Part shown: positions 1-13,739 of the stretch, piece after piece
How positions within the stretch are numbered: position 1 is the stretch's first letter
How the letters are laid out: each line of letters begins with the position of its first letter
From: Eledone cirrhosa
Lineage: Eukaryota
Assembly: GCA_964016885.1 (NCBI GenBank)
Contig: OZ024741.1
Location: forward strand, 150,536,001-150,600,000
DNA length: 64,000 bases
Reading direction: 5' to 3'
Notes under the pieces: model-generated
What the model was told of the DNA's origin: nothing
Databases searched by the model: none
Seen by the model: the letters and a program-made list of their open reading frames with translations, nothing else
Translations under genes and position numbers: made by a program

Positions 1-142
1 AGGTGATACCCAGAAACCTTAGTGTCTGCAGTTCTGTTTACATGCCAACACAAGAGCAAGTATGAAGGGTTAATTCTACTGACATGGCTTTAAAAATATG
101 GCTTGTTTGCATGATTACAAACGAATCAAATGTTATTAATAA

Positions 143-255
143 TATTCGAAAAACTCAAGCCGTTTCGACGGCTATTTCTGGACTCTACTACCCTAAGTGT
201 TGAGTATTCTGGTGCGTTATGGTCCATCTGGTTCCTTACCACAACTCCTTCGTTA
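143..255 (+). mobile_element. Short TA-inserted element, family K, rearranged copy
   Basis: Matches 16200-16425, 16805-16965, 17557-17762 and 48787-49130; runs into (TA)n. Confidence 0.75.
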
Positions 256-329
256 TATATATATATATATGTATGTATGTATATATGTATGCATGTATGC
301 ATGCATGCATACTTAGATACACGCATACA

Positions 330-371
<42 letters not shown>

Positions 372-412
372 CATATATATATATATATACATTTACATAT
401 AAGAGCCTCCTC

Positions 413-491
<79 letters not shown>

Positions 492-534
492 TATATACAT
501 ATATATATACATATATATATACATATATATATAC

Positions 535-615
<81 letters not shown>

Positions 616-619
616 TATA

Positions 620-985
620 CGAAAACCCACTTCAATAAAGTCCTTTTACAATATTAAAACCAAGCGAAAACAAACATGTATAAAGACTCACATTAATCCC
701 CTATAATTTAATGAGCTGAAGGTATAGATTCCAGGCTCTTTATAAATCAGTATATGTAGAGAAGTTCACATAGATGTATGTGTTTAATCATAGGAAAGGT
801 GAATACAGATCAATTAAAAGAATAAATTAAAGTGTACTTACCATCCTATAATAACTATTACACCTGGACATGCTGAAATTAGAGTATGTTTCGCCACAAA
901 AAGTGAAGATTACATATATATTGTAGAGGGCTATGATTAAACATATGAATTCTGTGTGAACTTCTCTCTATATACCGATTTATAT
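620..985 (-). mobile_element. Short TA-flanked element with inversion and 3' half of a hammerhead
   Basis: Inverted arms about 740-792/931-984; minus strand GGC-GAAAC-ATACT..AGCAT-GTC at 860-895; shares motifs with 26418-27118. Confidence 0.5.
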
Positions 986-1529
986 ATATATATATAGAGA
1001 GAGAGAGAGTGTGTGTGTGAGTATAACTAAAGTTTCATGCACTTAATATGTATGTGCGAGCATGTGCCGGATGAGAGACCAGGTTGGTAGAGCCTCCTCC
1101 ACCATATAGTGGTGGCCATAACTGGACCCCGAAAACAATAATCGCTCATTATGAATGAAACTTTATTTATAATAAATAAGCTCTCTTGCAATATATTCAG
1201 CATTGTTATCCTTGGCCTTTTATCTACGGATATCCTGTATACATGCATACATGCATACATGCATACATGCACACACACAGACACACACGAGCGCGCGCGC
1301 ATATATATATGTCTACTGTCATCACAGCTGGATGGTAATATATGACAAGCGACATATCCCCGTGATTGCATAACTACACCTATGATTGTATAAGCATCTG
1401 ATGAAGTCACATGTAACAACAATACACAAGCAATAAAGCAATTATGGTGAAATAACCCCGTCTTAACTACTTTTATTTGATATATATATATATATATATA
1501 TACATATATATAAAAATATAGGCACACAC

Positions 1530-1568
<39 letters not shown>

Positions 1569-1899
1569 TACTTATACTTATATATATACACACACACGTA
1601 TATATATATAAAATCCAAAATGTAATTACAATGCAACAAAAAATAAAATTAAGAAAATTTATTTGAAGTTTGCAAAATTTGAAATGAAAACTTTATCCCG
1701 TTACTTCTAAAATAAACAAGAAAAAAAAAAAAGAAAAAACAACAAATACCTACCACCCCGCTTCCCCACTACCCTATCAAAGTCCGTTTGAATTGAATTT
1801 CTAAAACATTTGAGCTTAATTAATTTGAGTAATTAATTGATTTGAAAATGAGGTTCCGTGTAATTGTGTTCAGGCTGGCTGATATGCGATAGGTAACTG

Positions 1900-2185
1900 G
1901 CGGCGGCGGCGGTGACAATGAATGGTTGTGGTGGTGGTAGCGGTAGTTGCAACGGGTGATGATGGTGATGTTGATGTAGGTGGTGGTAGTGATATTGGTA
2001 ATGATGGTGGTGGTGATGGTGGTGGTAGTGATGGTGGCAGTGTTGGTTGTGTTGTTATTCTTGATTGGGGGGTGATAATGGTAGTGATAGTGTTGTTGCC
2101 GATGATGGTAGTGTGCTGTTGTTGTTGTTGTTGGTGGTGGTGGTGTTTGTGATGGTATCTGTAGTGGTGATGATGTTGATGGTGG
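1900..2185. repeat. (GGT/GAT)n low-complexity tract
   Basis: Direct reading; similar tract at 2630-2790. Confidence 0.8.
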
Positions 2186-2221
2186 AGATTTATTTAAATT
2201 TACGTTTCATTATTGTTAAAT

Positions 2222-2406
2222 GGGCGGTGGATTGGCAGTATCGGTAGAGGGTCGGACGCCATGCTTTCCAGCATAGTTACGTCCCTTTACGATCTGAGTT
2301 CAAATCCCGCCGAGGTTGACTTTGCCTTTCATCCTTACGGGGTCGATAAAATAAAGTACCAGTAATGCACTGGGTAATTGCTGGCCTTGTGCCTAAAGTA
2401 GAAACA
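2222..2406 (+). mobile_element. tRNA-derived SINE (Meta-domain-like core) with 13 bp TSD
   Basis: A box TGGCAGTATCGG, B box GAGTTCAAATCC, core GCCTTTCATCCTTACGGGGTCGATAAAATAAAGTACC; TSD ATTATTGTTAAAT at 2209-2221/2407-2419. Confidence 0.9.
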
Positions 2407-2899
2407 ATTATTGTTAAATTGATTCTGTAGATATTTAAAGTTTACCACGGAAATCAGCTGATGTTTTAATATAGAGCTCTGGCCGTTTGGATTGACGATG
2501 GCCTCAGTGTCATCCAGTATGCTGGATGACAACGCAACCGGACTGAGATGAAATACAAGTCAACCTTCATGCGGATCGAGTCATTCTTGGTCCAAACATT
2601 CCTTTGTCCCCATTCAGCTAAATATTAGCAGTGGTAGTGGTGGATGTGGTGGTAGTGGTGCATGGCGAAGGCGGTGTTGATGGTGGTGTTGATGATGGTG
2701 GTGGTGGCAACGGTGAGGGTGATTGTGTTGGTGGTGGTGACGGTGGTGGGGTTACGCTGGTGATAATGCTGGCGATAGTGTTGTTGTCTCAGCAAACGAT
2801 ATCCTTCTTAATGATCAGTGTATCAGGATTGGAGTGGCTCCTGTGTGTGTGATTTGCACAAATGCTGCAGTGGAGCTATGGTCAACGTATTCGGACTAA

Positions 2900-3208
2900 A
2901 GGGAAGTACATTTGTTAAAATGTAGGTGAATTTAGTGAGTATGGCCTGAGTGAATGGACCTACTCTGACCATGCGTTTGTAGGCTGGAGAGTTTAGAGAG
3001 GATATGAGCGCCCCCAAGTGCTCCTGGTGAGTAGGGTGGTTGAAGATCGGTGGGTTTCCTAAGGCACCCATTGGTCGTATTCCCCCCTATTGGAGAATTT
3101 TGTTATGTATTTCGTTGTTATCTTTTTTTACTCGATCTTTTGTAAATCCCCACTATCTCTGTTTTGTATTGCCCTTCATGTTTCGGCCCTTGTGGCCAAT
3201 AAAGGAAC
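2900..3208 (+). mobile_element. 3' end fragment of Tx1/L1-type LINE
   Basis: Decayed ..VNGPTLTMRL* matches the ORF2 C-terminus at 56340-56379 and 63870-63930; AATAAA then (AAT)n. Confidence 0.75.
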
Positions 3209-3254
3209 AATAATAATAATTATTATTATTTATGAATTTGGTTGGAGCACTAAG

Positions 3255-3390
3255 TTGGTTGTTGCGGTATTTTATGTGCTCAGTTCAAATCCAGCTGAGA
3301 TCAACTTTTCCTTTCACCCATTTAAGGTCAATGCAATAAAGCACTAATCAAGCACTGGGATCAGTATTGCTGGCCTTGTGCGCGAATTAT
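3255..3390 (+). mobile_element. Degenerate SINE copy
   Basis: CAGTTCAAATCCAGCTGAGATCAACTTTTCCTTTCACCC..TTGCTGGCCTTGTGC resembles the SINE at 2222. Confidence 0.6.
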
Positions 3391-3540
3391 TAATGTATCT
3401 GGTCAAGAATTGTTATGAAACCCTTAATTCAATTTTCTTGTCTTGAACAGTGATTAAGAGAGCCTAATCGGATCTAGAAATTGAAGTAACACGTGATTCT
3501 TGGACATCGTATTTGATGCTAATCTCATTTTGGTATCTAC

Positions 3541-3579
<39 letters not shown>

Positions 3580-4177
3580 CGCCCCCCCTCTCTCTCTATC
3601 ATCTATCTAGCTATCTAGCTACCTACCTACTTAACCCACCACTCTCATCCTCATTCTCTCTCTCTCAATCTTCCTCCCCTTCTCTACTATATCTTTATAT
3701 CTCTGTATATCTGTATATCTGTCTGATATTTACTTCATCCATTTGTCACAAAGTCAAATGATTTCTAAGGCAGGAACATCGTAATTATCAACGGTAATAA
3801 TTGTTTAATTCATTTAACCTAAATTTCAATATGTATATATGAAGGGGAATGTATGAAGCGATGATTGTATGGTATCTATGCATGCATACATTTGTGACTA
3901 TATATATATGGTGAAGGCGCGTGGCTGTCGTCAGGTTGTGTGTTCCGGGCGATACGTTATGTCCTTGGGCAAGACACTTTATTTTATATTACTCCTTCTA
4001 CCTGGAGTTGCGACCTATAGATAGTATTAGCATTTGGAAAGACCAATGGAAATATTGTTTCCTCGGTCCGATTTGACGCAAGTCAATCAACTGACGATAT
4101 ATATATATATATATATGCGGCTGAGCTCTTGCCATTTCAACAGCTAGTTCAACAGCAAGAACTTTGTCCCGACTCTT

Positions 4178-4214
<37 letters not shown>

Positions 4215-4218
4215 TATA

Positions 4219-4347
<129 letters not shown>

Positions 4348-4456
4348 TCAAATAACAGATTTTAATAAATATTTGCTCTACGGTTCTTATATATTTAATA
4401 TATATTTATCCTTATCGAGCCCTCTGGATTTTAGTCTTCAAATTTATTATTATTAC

Positions 4457-4520
<64 letters not shown>

Positions 4521-4917
4521 GAATTCAACGAAGCTGCATTTGCACAAAGGTAACACAAATTCAATTATTTCATTCAATGATACAAGAAATGAATTCTTCA
4601 TTTCAGAGTGGACTCTTTAGATTTAGAAGGGAATAACTACGAACAATCCGTGCAGACAGCTTGTATGCTCTTTACAGTAGTCACCAACAATAAATTCCAT
4701 AGAAAAAGGTATTTTTACTCGAACAATAGTGGTTTCAAATGCACTATCTATTAGTGCAGTTGCAATTACAAGTGCAAATTAACAGCACACTAGCAGGTAA
4801 TTATCCAAGTGGTCACCGAGCGAACTGGCTATTTTGGATATCGGTCGGCCTCTGCAGCAGTTCAGTGGCATTGCGATATCACCTGACCACAAAAGAAGGT
4901 CGATCTAGCAGCTTCGA

Positions 4918-5024
<107 letters not shown>

Positions 5025-5191
5025 CACAAACACATATATACACACACACATACATACACATACACGCACATATATCTCTCTCTATGTATATACACTTCAA
5101 CCGATCGATCATTTCCATTTGTCAAGGCTATTAGCTTAGCCTGTAATTTTCCACTTTTCCTCCCATATATATACATATATATATATATGCG

Positions 5192-5254
<63 letters not shown>

Positions 5255-5278
5255 TACACACATATACACTTATATATG

Positions 5279-5314
<36 letters not shown>

Positions 5315-5408
5315 TGTATGTATGTATGTATGTATGTATGTATGTATACATATGTATATATATATATACACATACATACATATATGTATATATATATGTA
5401 GGAGGTGA

Positions 5409-5485
<77 letters not shown>

Positions 5486-5706
5486 GTATACATACATACA
5501 TACCATATATGTCTCGTATGTTTGTATTTAAGCGAAGTTAGCAAGTTGTGTGAGTTAGTTTTTCTAGCAGGGAAAAATGGAATGATAATATATTCCAAAG
5601 ACCTTTAGAACTAATAACTGTTGTTAAGCTTTAGGTTAATTAGAATGCTACAGACTAGGCATCAGATAAAGGGAAACATTATAATAGAATATATTCAAAC
5701 ATTACA

Positions 5707-5749
5707 CCAGTCTGATAATTGTTTAAGGGAGGAAACCGTTAGTTACTGG
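5707..5749 (+). ncRNA. Degenerate type I hammerhead motif
   Basis: ccagt-CTGATAA-weak stem II-GAAAC-cgtta-GTT-actgg; 5 bp stem I; G8A uncompensated. Confidence 0.45.
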
Positions 5750-6204
5750 AAGTCGCTTTGAAGGAATAACTTCAACAGACGTTAAATTACTAGGGACGCC
5801 ATTAATGGTGAACTATAATTATATGTTATTGGTAAAAAACCATCGGAAAAACAAAACAACATTATGTTATCTATGGAGAAAATCATGTAATTTTACTTAC
5901 TTATAAATATGAATATGTCTCCTATATTATCGCCAAGCATTGACCAATGCATCACATCGTCGTCATCATCATTATCGTCATCATGAACATAATCATGATC
6001 ATGATCATGATGATGATCATCATCATTTTCTCTGCTAACAAGCGTTTGACGAGTCATCACAGACCAAGTCAGTGTTTAATCGGAGGCATTGTGTATTGGA
6101 TGCATTTTATCGTGGCACCAGCAGAAGGGAGGTGATAATAACTTTAGTACAACTGGAAAACCTGTCCTTCCCTACATAAAATGTATGTATACGAAGCTAA
6201 ATTC

Positions 6205-6235
<31 letters not shown>

Positions 6236-6299
6236 CTCAAGGGCGGTGCCCCAGCATGGCCTCAGCCGGATGGCTGAAACAGGTAAAAGGGTAAAAGAG

Positions 6300-6360
<61 letters not shown>

Positions 6361-6364
<4 letters not shown>

Positions 6365-6600
6365 TGATAATAATAAATGGGAAGACTAAAATCCAAAGAG
6401 GGTTCGATAAGAATAAATATATATCAAATATATAAGAACCATAGAGCAAATATTTATTAAAATAACAGATTAAAGTTTAAGCAAAGAATCGCTGCTTTCA
6501 CCCTTAACGGGATCTTCTGAAACTAAAAGAAATCAATCTGTGAACGCAGAAGTAAATATTTCGAAAAACGTTGCAATATATATGAAAGTGTAGAATCCAT
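6361..6600 (-). mobile_element. Dispersed repeat family G
   Basis: Near-identical segments at 4350-4455, 13580-13645, 13878-13924, 57980-58090, 58865-58920. Confidence 0.7.
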
Positions 6601-7072
6601 GCTAAAAACGGGTTGTGTCCAGAGCACGACAACCTCTCTATTGTTGATGACACAATTAAATACTCTCAGTGGACTATGCAATATGCATGTGTGAGTCCAT
6701 GTTTGTTTACATTTGTGTGTGTGTCCTTTACCATAGCATTTCGACATTCGACAAAATACTAAATACCTAGAAACCGTTGCCCCAGCAAGGCCGCAGTCTA
6801 ATGACCGAAGCCAGTTAAAGAAAACAAGAATAAAACAATATAATCTCTAATTTATGAGATTTAAAATCTATTAGTGTTCTGTTTCCTGTCGCTGGTGACT
6901 TTGTCTATATTACCGAGAATGTTAAACGGAAACCTAATCAAATTTATTCGAGCTGAATCCAGCATGATCTAGTTTAATGGAGTTTAATGTAATTTAAAGA
7001 TACTACTAAATTTCTCATAAAATGATAAGAGTTAGGTTTTTTATGATTAACTTGTATTGTTTTAAAAATACT

Positions 7073-7260
7073 TGTTTCTACTATTGGCACAAGGCCAGCA
7101 ATTACCCAGTACATTACTGGTACTTTATTTTATCGACCCCGTAAGGATGAAAGGCAAAGTTAACCTCGGCGGGATTTGAACTCAGAATGGCAAGGGCCGT
7201 AACTCTATGCGTCAAAGCATGGCGTCCGACCCTCTACCGATACTGCCAATTCACCGCCCA
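7073..7260 (-). mobile_element. tRNA-derived SINE with 18 bp TSD
   Basis: Reverse complement of the 2222 SINE; TSD TATTGTTTTAAAAATACT at 7055-7072/7261-7278. Confidence 0.9.
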
Positions 7261-7527
7261 TATTGTTTTAAAAATACTATAATACAGACATACACAGACA
7301 CACACACACACATGTATATATATATATATGTATATATTGGTAATATCGGCAACATAACCACCCCCAAATATAATTAGAATTTAGCTTCGACATAGCTGCA
7401 TACATACATGTATGTGAATTTTGTATATCTAAAGATATACGGTATGTTTAATAAACAAACATTTTGAAAGTCTCAGCTAGGAATAGAAGGCCTCATCTAG
7501 CGGAATCCAACAGAAGCAAGGGGATAA

Positions 7528-7571
7528 TTGCCTATGCATTCCGAATTTAAATAGTTCTCTCATCAGGACAA
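7528..7571 (-). ncRNA. Type I hammerhead motif, AUA triplet, GAAA changed to GGAA
   Basis: ttgtc-CTGATGA-GAG..TTC-GGAA-TGCA-TA-ggcaa; palindromic stem III ATGCAT; stem I extends via gaagca/tgcttc. Confidence 0.65.
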
Positions 7572-7588
7572 TGCTTCCTAGTGCCCCA

Positions 7589-7679
<91 letters not shown>

Positions 7680-7901
7680 GTGTGAGACACGTTGGTTGAG
7701 GTCTTCTGACAGGAACTAATAGATTGATTCTTTTTAGCTTCCCGTCCCCACGTAAAATTTGTAAATCAGTGGCTAGTTGAGAGATAGAGTCCTATCGGTT
7801 GCCAGTTAATCTCTTTACCGTGTCGGTTGTCACAAACAGTCATGACCGGCACGAGCCGGTGTTTGGATTATGTCTATCGATTGGTTATTGATTAGGCGAT
7901 A

Positions 7902-8011
7902 CCCGCTGATGAAGCCGCATAAGCCGATTGTGCATTGTTGCATAATATATGCAGACAGATGGTGCAGTGCACCTTACTGTTGCATTAGTGCTGCAGAAAG
8001 TCGAGTCCGGG
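7902..8011 (+). ncRNA. Type I hammerhead motif with long stem II insertion
   Basis: cccg-CTGATGA-A-GCCGCAT..GTGCTGC-A-GAAA-GTCGA-GTC-cggg. Confidence 0.6.
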
Positions 8012-8155
8012 AACCTTATAGGCACCCGTTTTACGTGTGTTGTGTTGTGGCAAATAAGTATGTGTATACTCTGGTAATGTATCTTACATTGCCCATGGAG
8101 TACGCTGAGATACAACCGGTACTGGCATTGATAAATATGCTGGGTCCGTCAACCC

Positions 8156-8190
<35 letters not shown>

Positions 8191-8194
<4 letters not shown>

Positions 8195-8430
8195 AAAAAG
8201 AGATGAAATCGAAAATGCAACTGGAGTCTTATTTTTTTTAAAAATATATATATTTATTTGGTTCCTTTACCGGTTTCGCAGTTCTTCTGCTTTTCAAAAG
8301 GTGAGTTGAGTATATATATTTAAAAAAAAAATAAGACTCCAGTTGCATTTTCGATTTCATCTCTTTTTCTTTATACTTTCACTCGTGTAGGACACCTCGG
8401 TTATTTTTCATTTTGTAAAAAAAACCTCAC

Positions 8431-8437
<7 letters not shown>
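8191..8437. mobile_element. Short fold-back element, family J, between TA tracts
   Basis: 8191-8250 is the reverse complement of 8311-8372; related copy at 16015-16162. Confidence 0.75.
8264..8301 (-). ncRNA. Minimal type I hammerhead, U3-A8 core variant, GUA
   Basis: cctt-TTGAAAA-GCAG-aagaa-CTGC-GAAAC-CG-GTA-aagg; all stems pair. Confidence 0.8.
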
Positions 8438-8511
<74 letters not shown>

Positions 8512-8577
8512 GAAATTGTCTCCCTTTCATCATATATATATATATATATATATATATGATGAAGGGGAGACAATTTG

Positions 8578-8670
<93 letters not shown>

Positions 8671-8675
<5 letters not shown>

Positions 8676-9343
8676 AGTATGTACACGTACATACATATAT
8701 GTATACAGACGTACAGTAGTATGTATATATATACATACATGCACACATATATATATATGTACGTATGGATTCACCGAACATTTATTATAATGCTCGGTGT
8801 GTTTGTAAACAAACATCCCGTATTAAGCCGTAGTGTCTAGCAACCATCGCTGCTCGTTTGTTCAACACTGACAAAGGAACGCTGTACTAGTTTCAAGCTT
8901 ATTAGCTATCGTGAGCAACGTATACCTTCCTGCCAGATTGTTGAACGTATATACTTACCTCATGCATATTAACGGCTGAGTAGCCCAATTTGCATATCGA
9001 GTGGATTAATCGGCCGGGTGCACCGAAAACGATAGACGGAAAAAATGAAACGAAATTTCATTTCCTACTCTTAGTACGGATGTTACTTAAATATAAGTAT
9101 GTACACGTACATACATATATGTATACAGACGTACAGTAGTATGTATATATATATACATACATGCACACATATATATATGTACGTATGGATTCACCGAACA
9201 TTTATTATAATGCTCGGTGTGTTTGTAAACAAACATCCCGTATTAAGCCGTAGTGTCTAACAACCATCGTTGCTCGAACAAACGAGCAACGATGGTAACA
9301 GCCGTACTAACAGTGGGAAATGAAATTTCGTTTCATTTTTTCC

Positions 9344-9348
<5 letters not shown>
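8671..9348 (-). mobile_element. Retrozyme-like element subfamily C, 420 bp period, partial tandem plus inverted tail
   Basis: 8681 repeats at 9101 and 8821 at 9241; 9283-9348 inverted; homologous to 9497-11802 and 35066-35890. Confidence 0.8.
8880..8920 (-). ncRNA. Minimal hammerhead, GUA, core mutated to CTCACGA (probably dead)
   Basis: cgttg-CTCACGA-T-AGCT-aata-AGCT-T-GAAAC-TA-GTA-cagcg. Confidence 0.7.
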
Positions 9349-9442
<94 letters not shown>

Positions 9443-9624
9443 TAATTAAGTTAAAAATGTACATCCACATATGTATACTGAAATACTAGTATGCATATCG
9501 TATCCGCTGAACCGGTACGTACTCACGCTCTATGCAAATTAGTCTGCCCACTATTAATTTTCATAGAAAAAGCATATAACGATATGTGCTTTTACGATTC
9601 TCTAGAAAGGCCGGAGGATAGGTA

Positions 9625-9669
9625 AATGTTGCTGATGAGATGTAACAACATCGAAACTAGTCCAATATT
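9625..9669 (+). ncRNA. Minimal type I hammerhead, GUC, array copy 1
   Basis: aatgttg-CTGATGA-GATGT-aaca-ACATC-GAAAC-TA-GTC-caatatt; predicted cut after 9662. Confidence 0.9.
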
Positions 9670-10089
9670 CCTGTCTGGCTTTCTGGAGAATAGAGGAAAG
9701 GTGTTTCCTCGAAAACCAGTATGACTCTAAAAACCGGTTTGTCTGTGTGTTTACATACAGAATAGCTGAACACTCACAGTAAAGTGTCCAGTGAAAATCT
9801 CGGTACATCTACATATGTACACGTGTGTGTATTCATATGCATACTAGTATTTCAGTATACATATGTGGATGTACATTTTTAACTTAATTGTTTAAGCGTC
9901 AGCCATACAAAAGTGAGTTACAAACGAAACGAAATTTAATTTCGTTTCGTTATTTGTTTTTATCGTCTCCGCTGAACCGGTACGTACTCACGCTCTATGC
10001 AAATTAGTCTGCCCACTACTAATTTTCATAGAAAAAGCATATAACGATATGTGCTTTTACGATTCTCTAGAAAGGCCGGAGGATAGGTA

Positions 10090-10134
10090 AATGTTGCTGA
10101 TGAGATGTAACAACATCGAAACTAGTCCAATATT
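10090..10134 (+). ncRNA. Hammerhead, array copy 2
   Basis: Identical to copy 1. Confidence 0.9.
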
Positions 10135-10554
10135 CCTGTCTGGCTTTCTGGAGAATAGAGGAAAGGTGTTTCCTCGAAAACCAGTATGACTCTAAAAACC
10201 GGTTTGTCTGTGTGTTTACATACAGAATAGCTGAACACTCACAGTAAAGTGTCCAGTGAAAAACTCGGTACATCTACATATGTACACGTATGTGTATTCA
10301 TATGCATACTAGTATTTCAGTATACATATGTGGATGTACATTTTTAACTTAATTGTTTAAGCGTCAGTCATACAAAAGTGAGTTACAAACGAAACGAAAT
10401 TTAATTTCGTTTCGTTATTTGTTTTTATCGTCTCCGCTGAACCGGTACGTACTCACGCTCTATGCAAATTAGTCTGCCCACTACTAATTTTCATAGAAAA
10501 AGCATATAACGATATGTGCTTTTACGATTCTCTAGAAAGGCCGGAGGATAGGTA

Positions 10555-10599
10555 AATGTTACTGATGAGATGTAACAACATCGAAACTAGTCCAATATT
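10555..10599 (+). ncRNA. Hammerhead, array copy 3 (stem I G>A next to core)
   Basis: aatgttA-CTGATGA; otherwise identical. Confidence 0.85.
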
Positions 10600-11019
10600 C
10601 CTGTCTGGCTTTCTGGAGAATAGAGGAAAGGTGTTTCCTCGAAAACCAGTATGACTCTAAAAACCGGTTTGTCTGTGTGTTTACATACAGAATAGCTGAA
10701 CACTCACAGTAAAGTGTCCAGTGAAAAACTCGGTACATCTACATATGTACACGTGTGTGTATTCATATGCATACTAGTATTTCAGTATACATATGTGGAT
10801 GTACATTTTTAACTTAATTGTTTAAGCGTCAGTCATACAAAAGTGAGTTACAAACGAAACGAAATTTAATTTCGTTTCGTTATTTGTTTTTATCGTCTCC
10901 GCTGAACCGGTACGTACTCACGCTCTATGCAAATTAGTCTGCCCACTACTAATTTTCATAGAAAAAGCATATAACGATATGTGCTTTTACGATTCTCTAG
11001 AAAGGCCGGAGGATAGGTA

Positions 11020-11064
11020 AATGTTACTGATGAGATGTAACAACATCGAAACTAGTCCAATATT
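11020..11064 (+). ncRNA. Hammerhead, array copy 4 (stem I G>A next to core)
   Basis: Same variant as copy 3. Confidence 0.85.
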
Positions 11065-11484
11065 CCTGTCTGGCTTTCTGGAGAATAGAGGAAAGGTGTT
11101 TCCTCGAAAACCAGTATGACTCTAAAAACCGGTTTGTCTGTGTGTTTACATACAGAATAGCTGAACACTCACAGTAAAGTGTCCAGTGAAAAACTCGGTA
11201 CATCTACATATGTACACGTGTGTGTATTCATATGCATACTAGTATTTCAGTATACATATGTGGATGTACATTTTTAACTTAATTGTTTAAGCGTCAGTCA
11301 TACAAAAGTGAGTTACAAACGAAACGAAATTTAATTTCGTTTCGTTATTTGTTTTTATCGTCTCCGCTGAACCGGTACGTACTCATGCTCTATGCAAATT
11401 AGTCTGTCCACTACTAATTTTCATAGAAAAAGCATATAACGATACGTGCTTTTACGATTCTCTAGAAAGGCCGGAGGATAGGTA

Positions 11485-11529
11485 AATGTTGCTGATGAGA
11501 TGTAACAACATCGAAACTAGTCCAATATT
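11485..11529 (+). ncRNA. Hammerhead, array copy 5
   Basis: Identical to copy 1. Confidence 0.9.
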
Positions 11530-11797
11530 CCTGTCTGGCTTTCTGGAGAATAGAGGAAAGGTGTTTCCTCGAAAACCAGTATGACTCTAAAAACCGGTTT
11601 GTCTGTGTGTTTACATACAGAATAGCTGAACACTCACAGTAAAGTGTCCAGTGAAAAACTCGGTACATCTACATATGTACACGTGTGTGTATTCAGTATA
11701 CATATGTGGATGTACATTTTTAACTTAATTGTTTAAGCGTCAGTCATACAAAAGTGAGTTACAAACGAAACGAAATTTAATTTCGTTTCGTTATTTG

Positions 11798-11837
<40 letters not shown>

Positions 11838-12266
11838 TGATGAAAGGGAGACAATTTGATAATAAAGCAAAAATAAGTATTTAATAAAATTTCGTGTTGA
11901 AATACAGATATAGTTATAGATATGTATGGATTATGTATGTATATTATATGCATACGTGTAAATGTGTATTTAGATTTGCATCTATTTGTGCATATGTATA
12001 TTTTTGGTTGGATTTCAATTTAACTGTACCTCTCTCTATATATATTATGGATATATGCACTTTGTAATCTATGAAATTTATGTGTTTTAACTATGCCAAC
12101 ATGTATTTATCTGAGTTTGATTATTTATGCACTTGATAGTATTTTAGAGCGTATCATATGCTATATTATACTAAATGCAATTTACCACACAGTACTATAT
12201 TGTGTTGGTTAAATTGTATATTATCGCATTACTGTATTTCATTATCTTATTATAATTTAATTTCGA

Positions 12267-12458
12267 GGGCGGTGGATTGGCAGTATCGGTAGAAGGTCGG
12301 ACGTCATTCTTTCCACCATAGTTACGTCCCTTTACGATCTGAGTTCAAATCCCGCCGAGGTTGACTTTGCCTTTCATCCTTACGGGGTCGATAAAATAAA
12401 AAGTACCAGTAATGCACTGAGTAATTGCTGGCCTTGTGCCTAAAGTAGAAACAATTAT
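12267..12458 (+). mobile_element. tRNA-derived SINE
   Basis: Near-identical to 2222-2406. Confidence 0.9.
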
Positions 12459-13120
12459 AATTTTTATAATTTTCTTCTTTTAATATACTATCTTTCCTAG
12501 CCATAACCTTAATTTATATTCACCTCAAAACTCAATACAACACTAATCACCATTTATTTTGACATTCCTTTTAAAATCACTATACCAGATACATTCAACT
12601 ATCAGTTTGACAATCCCTTTCCTCCTAATAGATTTTTATGCCAATTCTACTATTAACACCCTTCAACCATTCCTTTCAAAGGGTCATGACCTCAACTAAA
12701 GTGTATTACTTTTCATCTTAACACCATATGAAAAAAACAATTTGATTCGTTAGTTCTTCAACTACCTCCAAATAAGGATATGATACTAACATACTACTAA
12801 TTCTGAATAAAATTATTATTGAATAAAATTATTATTGCTTTTGAAAACAGCTGGTGATATGCATGTAAGTAAATAGTCTCTTTATCTGATAGTTTGTAAC
12901 TAACTTTATATAGATCAATAACTGAGTATAGCTACAACGATCGTAAAGCAGTGAAGTATATCTCTAATGAGATGATTTTTTATTTCACTGTTTTAACTTA
13001 TATCATGACTCTGTTTTCGTTTTAATGTTTTATTGTTTTCCGAGATTTATCTTAACCTACACCATTTTCAACATATGGATTACATATGCAGAATAGACCT
13101 CACAACTTACTGTGGATACC

Positions 13121-13152
<32 letters not shown>

Positions 13153-13204
13153 GATAGATATAGAAAGGTAAATATACACGGGTGTGTATGATTGTGTATA
13201 GAAG

Positions 13205-13509
13205 ATTATATTAATAAGAGGAATTCCAACTTTGTCTGATTTACTCATTTTATTTACAATCCTTTAAAATATATATAATGGTATTATAATGAAATAGTAT
13301 GATAGAATATTAAATTCCAAGTGTTAATTAACACTTGGAATTTAATATTCTATCATACTATTTCATTATAATACCATTATATATATTTTAAAGGATTGTA
13401 AATAAAACGAATAAATCAGACAAAGTTGGAATTCCTCTTTTTAATATATATATATTTTAAAGGATTGTAAATAAAACGAGTAAATCAGACAAAGTTGGAA
13501 TTCCTCTTA

Positions 13510-13515
<6 letters not shown>
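13205..13515. mobile_element. Fold-back palindrome of short element family F plus reiterated 3' end
   Basis: About 120 bp arms centred on GTTAATTAAC (13328/13329); 13445-13515 repeats 13379-13445; longer copy at 59218-59380. Confidence 0.85.
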
Positions 13516-13583
<68 letters not shown>

Positions 13584-13739
13584 TAACAGATATATATTTG
13601 ATATATATTTATCCTTAACTTTGGATTTTAGTCTTCAAATTTATGCATACACATATAAACAAAAGTATTTATTTCGCGATAAAGTATTGATTTTTTTCGA
13701 ACGGAAAAAAACCCTGGTAATGTACGACGAATTTTTTTT

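Larger units (their letters stand above)
9442..11802 (+). repeat. Tandem array of about 5 x 465 bp hammerhead-containing units (retrozyme-like subfamily A) with 5' inverted segment
   Basis: CTGATGA at 9632, 10097, 10562, 11027, 11492; units nearly identical; 9442-9495 is the reverse complement of 9835-9890; TA tracts on both sides. Confidence 0.95.

Noticed and set aside
1398-1465. CTGATGA..GAAA motif
   Set aside because: No stem I or stem II pairing
2222-2310. tRNA gene
   Set aside because: A/B boxes belong to a multi-copy SINE head; no complete cloverleaf
6485-6525. CAGAAGA-TCCC..GGGT-GAAAG in family G (also 58027-58060)
   Set aside because: U4A in both copies and no stem I or III; at most a relic
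9442-11802. CRISPR-like or coding reading of the array (68 aa ORFs)
   Set aside because: No unique spacers; the ORF is antisense to the HHR and broken in units 3 and 4
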